Shown here piece after piece: positions 1-9,821 of a stretch of 21,972 bases of DNA. The DNA is from an uncultured cyanobacterium (GTDB taxonomy: Bacteria; Cyanobacteriota; Cyanobacteriia; Leptolyngbyales; Leptolyngbyaceae): the NCBI GenBank assembly GCA_963766075.1, contig CAVYAN010000099.1:1-21972 (forward strand), in the 5' to 3' direction. The notes beneath the pieces are model-generated. The model ran no database searches, was not told where the DNA came from, and was given only the letters and a program-made list of their open reading frames with translations. Position 1 is the stretch's first letter. The number at the start of each line of letters is the position of its first letter. Made by a program: the position numbers and the translations under genes.

Positions 1-1278
1 TTATGATGATCGCATGGATGACTTGGGCGATGGCTTTTTAGAGGGTTTTGGCGATGATTTTTCGGCGGACCGCCCGGATTGCTGCCGTCTAGCACCTGGG
101 CGAGAATGATTCTGCTGCGGAGGTTCCACTGGGGCGTTCGGGTCGGGTTCAAAGCCGGGGATCACTTCCTTGGGGAGCGATCGCTGAATCAGGCGCTCAA
201 TCGCGGTTAATAGCTTAACCTCATCATCACAGACGAGAGACAGTGCGCCGCCACTTGATCCCGCCCGCCCAGTGCGGCCAATGCGATGAACGTAATCCTC
301 CGGCACTTCCGGCAGGTCAAAGTTAACCACCTGCGGGAGATCGTTAATATCAATGCCACGGGCCGCAATATCTGTGGCAACGAGAACTTGAACACTGCCC
401 TCCTTAAATTTTGCGAGGGTTTTGGTGCGCACCGATTGGCTTTTATTGCCGTGAATGGCTAGGGCAGAAATGCCGTTTTGCGTGAGCTGCTTGCAGAGGC
501 GATCGGCCCCATGCTTGGTGCGGGTAAATACCAGTACCTGATACCAGTTATGGTGCTTAATCAAATGTGTCAGCAGGGCTGGCTTTTGGGTGCGGGCGAC
601 GCGGTAGATCTGTTGGGCAATCAGTTCGGCACTGGCATTACGGCGCGCCACTTCCACGAGGACTGGCTCGTGCAAGAGCGTTTCGGCTAAGGCTTTGATT
701 TCATTGGAAAAGGTGGCTGAAAACAGCAAATTCTGGCGGTGCTTGGGCAACAGGGACAAAATGCGACGAATATCGCGAATGAAGCCCATGTCTAGCATGC
801 GGTCGGCTTCGTCTAACACCAAGATTTCTACCTGGGACAAATCAACCGTGCGCTGCTGGACGTGGTCCAAGAGGCGACCGGGAGTTGCAACCAGAATATC
901 TACCCCGCTTTTCAATCGGCGAATTTGTGGTGTGATATTCACCCCACCAAATACCGCTATGGAGGTAATGTCAAGATATTTGCCATATTCGCGGACGCTT
1001 TCCTCCACTTGGGCGGCCAGTTCGCGGGTGGGAGTGAGGATCAGCGATCGCACAGGCGATCTACGGCCTACGGCATGGGGATGGGCCGAAAGCCGTTGCA
1101 AAATCGGTAAGGTAAAGCCTGCGGTTTTGCCCGTACCCGTTTGGGCTCCTGCCAGCAGGTCATTTCCCGCCAAAATGACCGGGATTGCCTGCTTTTGCAC
1201 AGGCGTAGGCTCTGTATAGCCGCGCGCGGTAACGGCGCGGACAATTTCAGGGGATAAACCCAAGGTAGAAAAAGACAT
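1..1278 (-). CDS. rhlE: DEAD-box ATP-dependent RNA helicase, RhlE/CrhC-like
   Basis: Q-motif (GYTEPTPVQ), [42 protein letters not shown] and a basic C-terminal tail. ATG at 1278 (MSFSTLGL) is preceded by GGAG; TAA stop at 1-3. Confidence 0.93.
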   Translation of the reverse strand: MSFSTLGLSPEIVRAVTARGYTEPTPVQKQAIPVILAGNDLLAGAQTGTGKTAGFTLPILQRLSAHPHAVGRRSPVRSLILTPTRELAAQVEESVREYGKYLDITSIAVFGGVNITPQIRRLKSGVDILVATPGRLLDHVQQRTVDLSQVEILVLDEADRMLDMGFIRDIRRILSLLPKHRQNLLFSATFSNEIKALAETLLHEPVLVEVARRNASAELIAQQIYRVARTQKPALLTHLIKHHNWYQVLVFTRTKHGADRLCKQLTQNGISALAIHGNKSQSVRTKTLAKFKEGSVQVLVATDIAARGIDINDLPQVVNFDLPEVPEDYVHRIGRTGRAGSSGGALSLVCDDEVKLLTAIERLIQRSLPKEVIPGFEPDPNAPVEPPQQNHSRPGARRQQSGRSAEKSSPKPSKKPSPKSSMRSS

Positions 1279-1380
1279 GCAACTCCAAAAACAACATCGG
1301 TCTATCGCTAGGCTGTGCCCGCATCTGTCCAAGCATTAATTAATTCTGCCTTGACCAGCGACAGGGCGAGGGCAGACCCG
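1279..1380 (-). promoter_or_regulatory. Candidate structured 5' leader of the DEAD-box helicase
   Basis: On the mRNA strand CUGUCGCUGG (1364-1355) can pair with CUAGCGAUAG (1311-1302; 10 bp, 2 G-U), and UCUGCC (1376-1371) can pair with GGCAGA (1350-1345). Confidence 0.4.
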
Positions 1381-1519
1381 TTATTTTCGGTATTGTTATC
1401 TCGAAAAGAAGTCTTGAAAAAATTTTCTGATCAAGCGTTGTAGAATCGCCAGGATGAACCGGATAGGTACGATAGACTATGAACTATATCTCACTATAGC
1501 GCTTTTACTAGAGTACTTT

Positions 1520-1555
1520 GCGGCCCATTATCGCAAAGCGGCCCATTACTGCAAA
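1520..1555. repeat. 18-bp imperfect tandem duplication GCGGCCCATTA(TC/CT)GCAAA x2
   Basis: Read directly in the rhlE/STAS intergenic region. Confidence 0.8.
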
Positions 1556-1904
1556 CTCATCGGTCCATCATTCTCCCTGCAGAAATTGCGTATAGCAACA
1601 GCCAGCTTTTCGGAGATCGCAGACACATAAATTAACCTCATACTTTTCAAAAGTAAAAAACATAGAACTAGGTGGCCTGCTCCCCAGGGAAAAATCCATC
1701 AGGCCATGGAACATTAAATTCATGGACATGCTGCAAGCGTCTGTTGCTCCTCCGTGAGAATGAGCAGCGAGGATTGGGGAATGGGCAGCGGAGATTGGGG
1801 AATCTGGGGCAAGGGTGTTCTAATCCCGCTCAACATGTCAACAATAGAAGAGGAGGATGGCCAACCGAGGCACGCTCAACTATCCATATTGTCAGGAGAG
1901 GAGA

Positions 1905-2294
1905 TTGATCCAGATGGAGCAGAAATCGATTCAAATGGAGCAGCATACGCGCACCGTTCAAGACGGAACTGTGGTGATTGTCCTGACTCCACATGGGCGG
2001 TTGGACATTACTACCGCATGGCAATTTCGCCTGAAACTCCAGGAATGCATCTCCAAACTGAGCCGCCATATTATTGTTAACCTGTCTGAGGTCAATTTTA
2101 TTGATAGTTCTGGACTCACTTCTCTGGTAGCAGGAATGCGTGATGCCGATAAAGTGCAGGGCAGCTTTCGCATTTGTGATGTTCACCCCGAAGCACGGCT
2201 GGTTTTTGAAGTGACGATGATGGATTCGGTATTCGAGATTTTTGCCACCGAAGCAGCCGCTTTGTCAGGGGTGCCCCGCAGCCTAGTTAGTTAG
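1905..2294 (+). CDS. STAS-domain anti-sigma-factor antagonist (SpoIIAA/RsbV family)
   Basis: GRLD...IIVNLSEVNFIDSSGL with the phosphorylatable Ser motif. AGGAG at 1894-1898 precedes TTG 1905; ATG 1914 is an alternative start. Confidence 0.9.
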   Translation: MIQMEQKSIQMEQHTRTVQDGTVVIVLTPHGRLDITTAWQFRLKLQECISKLSRHIIVNLSEVNFIDSSGLTSLVAGMRDADKVQGSFRICDVHPEARLVFEVTMMDSVFEIFATEAAALSGVPRSLVS

Positions 2295-2462
2295 GGCTTG
2301 GCTTGTTTAGGCTTGCGGGTCAGGGGCCTGTCGCCTGTTGCATTGATGTCGCGCTTCGCTTGCTCTATGTTCTCATTTCAACTGGGGCTTCATTTCAGTC
2401 AGGTGATCCTTCGTGTAAATGCCAGTGCGCCAGTGCCAGTGTGCCAGTGTCAGTCATAGGCG

Positions 2463-3068
2463 TCAGTGCCAGTCATAGTCTTGCCGCTTTGCAAATTGGT
2501 ATGGACCCATTAGAGCACCCCAAAGCGCTTTCCCCGTTTCTGGATCAACGCCTTTATCAAAGCTCAAAAATTCTGTGGGAGTGGCTGCAAAGCCCAAGCA
2601 AACTTGGCGGGTCACTTCCAGATAGGTAAAGTAGCAGCATGCGCCGGGGGGAGGTTCGGCGCAGTAGCGATCGCCCGCCGCTTGGGTTACCGTCAGGACA
2701 CAGCCAGGGAGCAACTCAATATCGTCTAAGGTAATGCCCTGGAGTAGGGCCGGGTTTTGGCCTGCTCCTTTGACGGCATTGAAGTTTTTGAACGCGTAAT
2801 ACTGCACCTGTAGTTTTTGTGGGCATAGTTTTTGTGGGTCTGCCAGCGTTTGGATCCGCAGCAACCGCTGGCGATAGGGGCGATCCAATTGCACAATATT
2901 CGCCTGTTCTGCAAACAGGGTAAGGCTGTCGTCGCCGAAGAGGGCCATGGGGCGATGCCAAAGTCGTAGATGGACAAACCACACTGGCTCGGCGATCGCC
3001 TGCTCCCGATTATCAAATTCGCCCGCTAGCCAACTGGCCAATTGGGTGACAGAGGTGGAAATGGTCAT
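2463..3068 (-). CDS. cpcT: CpcT/CpeT-family phycobiliprotein chromophore lyase
   Basis: LAGEFDNREQA..P.WFVHLRLW, FAEQA, RPYRQR, GC, S.DKG.DPETGKALWGA.MGPY.F are typical of T-type lyases. Confidence 0.88.
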   Translation of the reverse strand: MTISTSVTQLASWLAGEFDNREQAIAEPVWFVHLRLWHRPMALFGDDSLTLFAEQANIVQLDRPYRQRLLRIQTLADPQKLCPQKLQVQYYAFKNFNAVKGAGQNPALLQGITLDDIELLPGCVLTVTQAAGDRYCAEPPPGACCYFTYLEVTRQVCLGFAATPTEFLSFDKGVDPETGKALWGALMGPYQFAKRQDYDWH

Positions 3069-3210
3069 GGGCTGTTTCAGAGGGGTGGGTTAGGGAATGC
3101 GATCAAATTAAGTCACTACGCGATAGCTCATCTGCGGGGTGCACCTGTCCGAGATGCCGAAGGGGGGAGGCTGATACGAATATACTGAGGCTGCATCGGG
3201 GAAATATCCT

Positions 3211-3570
3211 CTACAGGTTCTCTTGCCAATCGTCCCTTAAGACTGCGGGCAGGCTGGTCTGCTGCTGCACTTTGGGAAAGCGGTAGAACGTGTTGCCCTC
3301 GGGATCAATTTCTAGCATTGCCGAAAATACTTGGGCCTGTGTGTCTAGGAATTCCTTGGTGCGGGTGGCGTCTGCTCGCGAATTGGCGGCCAGTTGAATC
3401 AGAGAAACACAGCTATCCTGCGTCTCTAATAACGCGTAGAACGCATCCCGCAACCGACGGTCCTGTTCGCTTCGCCGTGCCACATTCAGCAGTGATAGGA
3501 CGATCAGTCCTACCGCCCCCGCCATCAGCAATCCTTCCAAAACAGCCATAACTTCACTATTAGCCCCCAA
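3211..3570 (-). CDS. Small hypothetical membrane-anchored protein
   Basis: N-terminal hydrophobic helix (LLMAGAVGLIVLSLL) followed by a short soluble domain ending EIDPEGNTFYRF. Start may be ATG 3549. Confidence 0.7.
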   Translation of the reverse strand: MGANSEVMAVLEGLLMAGAVGLIVLSLLNVARRSEQDRRLRDAFYALLETQDSCVSLIQLAANSRADATRTKEFLDTQAQVFSAMLEIDPEGNTFYRFPKVQQQTSLPAVLRDDWQENL

Positions 3571-3610
3571 TGCTGAAATACCGCTTCCTCCACCCTAACG
3601 CGAGTCACCC

Positions 3611-6205
3611 TTAGCGGCCAAAAATGCGACTGAGGATGCCTTCAGGGTCCGACTGCCGCGATCGCTGCTCGCGGCGAAAGATCTGTAAATTTTCCCGAAA
3701 GATAACTGTGTTCGGATGGTCTGGGCCGAGGGTGCGATCGCTAATCTCTAGGGCTTGTGTATAAAGTTGCTCTGCCCTACGGTATTTGCCCTGGGCTGTG
3801 GACACCGCTGCCAAGTTATTCAGACTCGTGGCCACATCCGGATGCTCTGGCCCCAATAGGCGCTGGCGTAAATCCAATGCCTGCTGGTACAACCCCTCTG
3901 CTTTGTCATACAGTAATTGCGACTCGTACAGATAGGCTAAATTGTTTAACCCTGTGGCGACATCTGGATGCTGACTTCCCGATCGCCGCTTCAATAGAGT
4001 CAATGCCTTTTGGTACAGGGGCTCCGCGACGGTATAGCGCTGTTGAGCTTCATAGAGATGGGCCAAATTCGTCACGCTTTTCACTACGTCAGGATGAAAA
4101 TCTTCGAGAAGCCGCTCTTGCATTTCCAGCGCCTTGATATAGAGGGGTTCGGCCTCTTCCCAGAGCGACTGTACGGCGTAAAGGTAGCCCAAGTCGTGTA
4201 AACTCACGGCGACTTCGGGATGGTTTTCGCCATAGGTGCTGTAGCGCAGTTCCAATGCCTCTAAGTACAGTGCTTCTGCTTCGTCATAGCGCTTTTGGGC
4301 TGCATAGACGGTGGCCAGATCGCTCCACGCCCTAGCCACAGCGGGATGCTCCGGTCCCAATTGTTGCTGAATTAAGTCGATCGCTTGTTGATATAGGGGC
4401 TCGGCAGCGGAGTACCGGCCTTCGGTAAAGTACCGTGTGGCCCGCTCCGTCAGTGCGTCTAGGCTGGAAGGGGGAGACAGTGCTAGGTCGGATTCCGGAT
4501 CGATCGCGCCCCACAGGGGCTCAGTGCCCGTGCTGACTGGTAATGCGTTGGCCGGTAACGGTTCAGGCGTTACCGGTGCGGGCGTTGGCGTGGCTGTCTC
4601 TGGCGATCGGGGTGAGATCGGAGGTGGGGTTAAGGGAGGGGACGTGGGCGGAGTCCCCGGGCTGAGACTACCCTCGCTCCCTGGTCCAGGATGCATGGCA
4701 TTGGCGACTGGGGCACTATGACGGGTCAGCTCGCTGCCTGGGAGTGGGTCACTGGCGGCAATACCTTCGGCGAGCTGCGCCGTCCGTGCCGAGGGCGGGG
4801 ACGACTGTCCTAGACGCTTCTGGAGCAAGTCGAGGGCTTTGTGCTGCCAGAGGGCTGCCAGTTCCCAGGCATCAGCGTGTTCATAAAATTCCGCTAGCCT
4901 CAACCAAATGCCAATTTGATCGGCGGGGCTTAAAAACTCCACTAACGTATGGCTAATTTCAATCCAATGGGGCAGTAAGGCTGTGCAATCTGGCTCTGTG
5001 CTGCCCTGGGTTAAGGCGACCAAGGTTTGGGTGATGGCTTGGGGGTACAGGGCGGCATCGGGTTGATAATGCAGTTTCTCTTGGAAAAACTCCCGCACAA
5101 CTGGATGGCAGCGGACCTGATTAGACTCAAGTTCGATCGCGAGGTGCGATCGCGCCAATTCTTTCCGTGCGGGCTGCCACATGGCCTGGATATGGGCCAG
5201 AAACTGCTGCCAGTCCTGCTCTGCTCCGGTCCACTTACCCCGACAAAAGTCCACTTGCATCACCTCCAGCCAAGCAGCTTGGGCAAAGGGATGAAGAATT
5301 TGTTCCACTAAGCTCCAGGGAATGGGTGCTGCTGCCAGCAAGCTCAGCACTCCCCCAAGGGTTTGAGCTTCACGACTCAAGTGTTCATAGCTCAGGTCTA
5401 AGACGGCCCGCAATCCCCGTTGGGCATTAATCTCGAGGGGATGGCCCTGAACGACGGGCTGATTTAGCCATTTGGGCTGGAGCCGCTGCAAAAAATCTGC
5501 CAAAGATAAATTCGGTTGCTCCTTCAAATACTGGGCTACCAGGTCTAGGCCCAGGGGCAGGTAACCCAGCCATTCTCCAATCAGCGCCGCAAATTCCTGA
5601 TTGCCCAGAGCGAGTACGCGGGGATCCCGCACGCGCTGGGCCAAAAACTGCAACGCATCTTCTCGACTCCAGAGATCGAGCACCACCGCTGGCATCATGG
5701 CCAATAGTGCGTCGGTATCTCCACCCGCCCGAAGGGTGACTACAACGCGGAGGCTATCGCCTGCCGCCAAATAGGGTTGCAGGGAGTCTCCATCAGCCAC
5801 ATCTTCCAAAATGAGCAGACTGTCTGGTGGTGGCTGGTGGCTTTGCAATATGGCCAAGCCTTCTAGCCAAAATATCCCCCCTGGATAGGCGGTAGCATAA
5901 TGCTGGGCGTACTGGATGGCGAGTTCGGTTTTGCCGATTCCGGGCAGATTGGGCCTGCCGACGATCGCCACCATGGGCGATCGCTGTAACCGCTCATGCA
6001 GTTCCAGCAGGGCTGTACTGTGTCCAACATAGACCTCACAGGGCTGGCGAGGCCCGATGTGGCTTAGCGCTGCGCTTTGCAGCGTCGGGGTACCCAGGAC
6101 CCATTGCAAAATCAATGCGGCTGTTCCGGTCCCCTGATCGCCGCCGACGATCAAAAGTCGGAGGAGTCTTTGCCATTGCCATGAATACGGGAATGCTGCG
6201 CCCAC
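3611..6205 (-). CDS. NB-ARC-like STAND NTPase with Pro-rich linker and C-terminal TPR repeats
   Basis: P-loop PGIGKTELA, LLILEDV (Walker B-like), GYLPLGL, HPVVREF (MHD-like) and several HPDVATSLNNLA-type TPRs. Start uncertain. Confidence 0.85.
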   Translation of the reverse strand: MGAAFPYSWQWQRLLRLLIVGGDQGTGTAALILQWVLGTPTLQSAALSHIGPRQPCEVYVGHSTALLELHERLQRSPMVAIVGRPNLPGIGKTELAIQYAQHYATAYPGGIFWLEGLAILQSHQPPPDSLLILEDVADGDSLQPYLAAGDSLRVVVTLRAGGDTDALLAMMPAVVLDLWSREDALQFLAQRVRDPRVLALGNQEFAALIGEWLGYLPLGLDLVAQYLKEQPNLSLADFLQRLQPKWLNQPVVQGHPLEINAQRGLRAVLDLSYEHLSREAQTLGGVLSLLAAAPIPWSLVEQILHPFAQAAWLEVMQVDFCRGKWTGAEQDWQQFLAHIQAMWQPARKELARSHLAIELESNQVRCHPVVREFFQEKLHYQPDAALYPQAITQTLVALTQGSTEPDCTALLPHWIEISHTLVEFLSPADQIGIWLRLAEFYEHADAWELAALWQHKALDLLQKRLGQSSPPSARTAQLAEGIAASDPLPGSELTRHSAPVANAMHPGPGSEGSLSPGTPPTSPPLTPPPISPRSPETATPTPAPVTPEPLPANALPVSTGTEPLWGAIDPESDLALSPPSSLDALTERATRYFTEGRYSAAEPLYQQAIDLIQQQLGPEHPAVARAWSDLATVYAAQKRYDEAEALYLEALELRYSTYGENHPEVAVSLHDLGYLYAVQSLWEEAEPLYIKALEMQERLLEDFHPDVVKSVTNLAHLYEAQQRYTVAEPLYQKALTLLKRRSGSQHPDVATGLNNLAYLYESQLLYDKAEGLYQQALDLRQRLLGPEHPDVATSLNNLAAVSTAQGKYRRAEQLYTQALEISDRTLGPDHPNTVIFRENLQIFRREQRSRQSDPEGILSRIFGR

Positions 6206-6406
6206 GCTGGTTCATCCTGGAACAGATCCAAATGTTTCGAGAAAGCTGGCCACCCTTGGGGTTCCTCCTCAGCTATGGCGGGTCTAGAGGGATGGGTCAA
6301 AGGGCTGGGCGATCGCCCAATCCATCCGTTCCCCTTAAATCCCCCGCAGTTTATCATAGCGACGTTCTAGCAATCAGTACGTTCAAGCATTAAGAGAATC
6401 ACCCCT

Positions 6407-7813
6407 ATGACCCCTTCTATGGCCACGGACTTTCGGATCGAGACGGATTCTATGGGCGATCGCCAAATCCCCAACACGCAGTACTACGGTATTCAAACCC
6501 TGCGGGCCATTGAAAACTTTCCAATCAGCGGCCTGAAGCCCTTGTCTACCTATGTGGATGCCTGTGTGCTGATCAAAAAAGCTGCCGCGATCGCCAATGG
6601 GGAACTGGGCTGCATTCCCTCCGAACTGAGCCAAGCCATCGTGCAGGCTGCGGATGAAATTCTGAATGGGAGCCTGCGCGATCAGTTTGTGGTGGATGTG
6701 TACCAAGCCGGTGCTGGGACATCTCACCACATGAATGTGAATGAAGTGTTGGCCAATCGCGCGTTGGAACTGTTGGGTGACCGCAAGGGCAACTACGCCC
6801 GTGTTAATCCCAACGATCATGTCAACTACGGGCAATCCACCAATGATGTGATTCCCACGGCGATTCGCATTGGGGGACTGCTCGCACTGAAGCGGACGAT
6901 GTATCCTGCCTTGACCGAGGCGATCGCCACGCTCCAGGCCAAAGCCGACGAATTCCAGGATGTCATTCGCTCTGGCAGAACCCACCTCCAAGATGCTGTT
7001 CCCGTCCGTCTGGGCGAAAACTTTCGGGCCTGGGCTCAGATTCTCACCGATCATCAACGCCGCCTAGAAAATGCAGCTCAGGATCTGACCGTGCTGGGCT
7101 TGGGCGGCAGTGCGGCGGGCACGGGCTTAAACACCCATCCGCAATACCGCTTCCGGGTCGCGGCGATTTTGGCGGACTTGATCCAGGAACCGTTGCAAAC
7201 CGCCCCGCATCTGATGGCGGCGATGCAGAGTATGGCACCCTTTGTGAATGTTTCCGGCGCGTTGCGTAACCTGGCCCAGGACTGTGTCAAGATTTCCCAC
7301 GACTTGCGCTTGCTCGACTCCGGCCCCAAGACCGGGTTCAAGGAAATTCAATTGCCCCCGGTCCAGCCTGGATCCTCGATCATGCCGGGGAAATATAATC
7401 CGGTGATGGCAGAAATGACTTCCATGGTTTGTTTTCAGGTGATGGGCTACGATGCGGCGATCGCCCTGGCGGCCCAAGCTGGCCAGTTGGAACTCAACGT
7501 GATGATGCCACTGATTGCCTACGATCTAATCCACAGTATTGAAATTCTGGGCCATACGATTTCTGCCCTTACGACGCGCTGTCTCCAGGGTATTACGGCC
7601 AATCGCGATCGCAGCCTTGCCTATGCCGAAGGCAGTCTATCCCTGGTGACAGCCCTCAACACCCACATCGGCTATCTCAATGCGGCGGCGGTGGCCAAGG
7701 AGTCTCTGGCTACGGGCAAGTCCTTGCGGGAAATTGTTCTGGAAAAAGGATTGATGACTCCCGAAGCGATCGCCGAGGTCTTGAACTTAGAAGCAATGAG
7801 TCAAATGTCTTAA
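6407..7813 (+). CDS. aspA: Aspartate ammonia-lyase (fumarase class II/aspartase family)
   Basis: RIETDSMG, YYGIQT.RA.ENF, QAGAGTS..MN.NEV, GQSTND, GRTHLQDA and the signature GSSIMPGKYNP. FumC cannot be strictly excluded. Confidence 0.88.
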   Translation: MTPSMATDFRIETDSMGDRQIPNTQYYGIQTLRAIENFPISGLKPLSTYVDACVLIKKAAAIANGELGCIPSELSQAIVQAADEILNGSLRDQFVVDVYQAGAGTSHHMNVNEVLANRALELLGDRKGNYARVNPNDHVNYGQSTNDVIPTAIRIGGLLALKRTMYPALTEAIATLQAKADEFQDVIRSGRTHLQDAVPVRLGENFRAWAQILTDHQRRLENAAQDLTVLGLGGSAAGTGLNTHPQYRFRVAAILADLIQEPLQTAPHLMAAMQSMAPFVNVSGALRNLAQDCVKISHDLRLLDSGPKTGFKEIQLPPVQPGSSIMPGKYNPVMAEMTSMVCFQVMGYDAAIALAAQAGQLELNVMMPLIAYDLIHSIEILGHTISALTTRCLQGITANRDRSLAYAEGSLSLVTALNTHIGYLNAAAVAKESLATGKSLREIVLEKGLMTPEAIAEVLNLEAMSQMS

Positions 7814-7870
7814 TCCGGGAGGATGGGTGTCATTTCAGCCGGGATGCGCCTCTAGGTAGCCTATAAGCAA

Positions 7871-7927
7871 AGGAGCCAGGATTCAGGAGCCAGGATTCAG
7901 GAAGAAATTGAGTCTTGGCTCCTGAAT
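7871..7927 (+). repeat. 14-bp tandem repeat AGGAGCCAGGATTC x2 with inverted partner; likely hairpin/terminator after aspA
   Basis: ATTCAGGAGCCA (7881-7892) is complementary to TGGCTCCTGAAT (7916-7927). Resembles cyanobacterial short tandem repeat elements. Confidence 0.6.
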
Positions 7928-8011
7928 TCCACTCCAAAATTAATTTTCCATAGGGTGGGATACCTCACTGGGAGAGGGAATGGGAATTCCGGCCATCAGC
8001 GTACGGATTCC

Positions 8012-8040
8012 TTTACATTTCTCAACAAATGGATTAATGT
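8012..8040 (+). promoter_or_regulatory. psbA sigma70-type promoter overlapping an imperfect HLR1 (RpaB-type) direct repeat
   Basis: TTTACA (8012-8017), 17 nt, then TAATGT (8035-8040). TTTACATT-TC-TCAACAAA resembles HLR1. An AU-rich AATTATAAAACC precedes the ATG. Confidence 0.6.
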
Positions 8041-8096
8041 GAAGACATAGAGCGCAACGCTTCTATACATACATACTTTTTTGGAATTATAAAACC

Positions 8097-9183
<1,087 letters not shown>

Positions 9184-9243
9184 TCTCTGACTAAGAGTTG
9201 ATGGTTTGAGGTTGACTGAAATCGTCTGAGTTCAATGCCTTTG

Positions 9244-9273
9244 AGCGCCCTCTCTAGCAATAGAGGGGGCGCT
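9244..9273 (+). terminator. Hairpin between convergent psbA and VOC genes
   Basis: AGCGCCCTCTCTA-GCAA-TAGAGGGGGCGCT: 13-bp stem (one G-U) with a GNRA loop. Confidence 0.75.
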
Positions 9274-9314
9274 GCGCTTTGGGAAGGCGTGGGGAGAAAC
9301 TGTAGGGCGAGCTT

Positions 9315-9698
9315 TCACGTCATGTCATTTGAAGGCATGTGCAGGCCGATCAGATTTCCTTCTGTATCGATTACTAAAGCAATGAACCCGAATTGGCCGA
9401 TTGACATTTTGGGCTGGCGGATTTGCCCCCCGGCGTTGACAACACGGTCCGACTCTACGGCAACCTCGTCGCAATGGAAGTAGGGGATCGTTCCGCTGCC
9501 ACCGGACCCAACCCCATCCATTTTGACCAATGCGCCAGAGGCACCCACCGTGTCCATGGTCATTGGGAATGCCCACATTTCCATCCCAGGGCTTTCGAGC
9601 TTCTCCAGCGTCACTTGGAACACGGACTCATAAAAACGTTTCGCACGATCCATATCCTGAACATAAATTTCACACCAAATAATGGGATTGGGTTTCAT
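9315..9698 (-). CDS. VOC/glyoxalase/bleomycin-resistance family protein
   Basis: NPIIWCEIYVQDMDRAKRFYESVF...GALV...YF...GG.I..PK.SIG.FG.IA...DTEGNLIGLH. ATG at 9698 has GGTGG upstream. Confidence 0.88.
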   Translation of the reverse strand: MKPNPIIWCEIYVQDMDRAKRFYESVFQVTLEKLESPGMEMWAFPMTMDTVGASGALVKMDGVGSGGSGTIPYFHCDEVAVESDRVVNAGGQIRQPKMSIGQFGFIALVIDTEGNLIGLHMPSNDMT

Positions 9699-9821
9699 GA
9701 TTGGCCACCTGCAATAAGAACATATGTATTGTATTGCATCCCAGTTGTCTTGCACAGCTATAGCGCTTATAGCGCTCCCGCGACAAGCACTGGGGTAATC
9801 CAGGCGCTTCAATTCAGGCTT

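Noticed and set aside
1672..2186. ORFs overlapping the STAS gene and its upstream region
   Set aside because: No motifs; they are alternative-frame or antisense shadows.
6383..7477. Long antisense ORFs inside aspA
   Set aside because: Expected shadows of a codon-biased gene.
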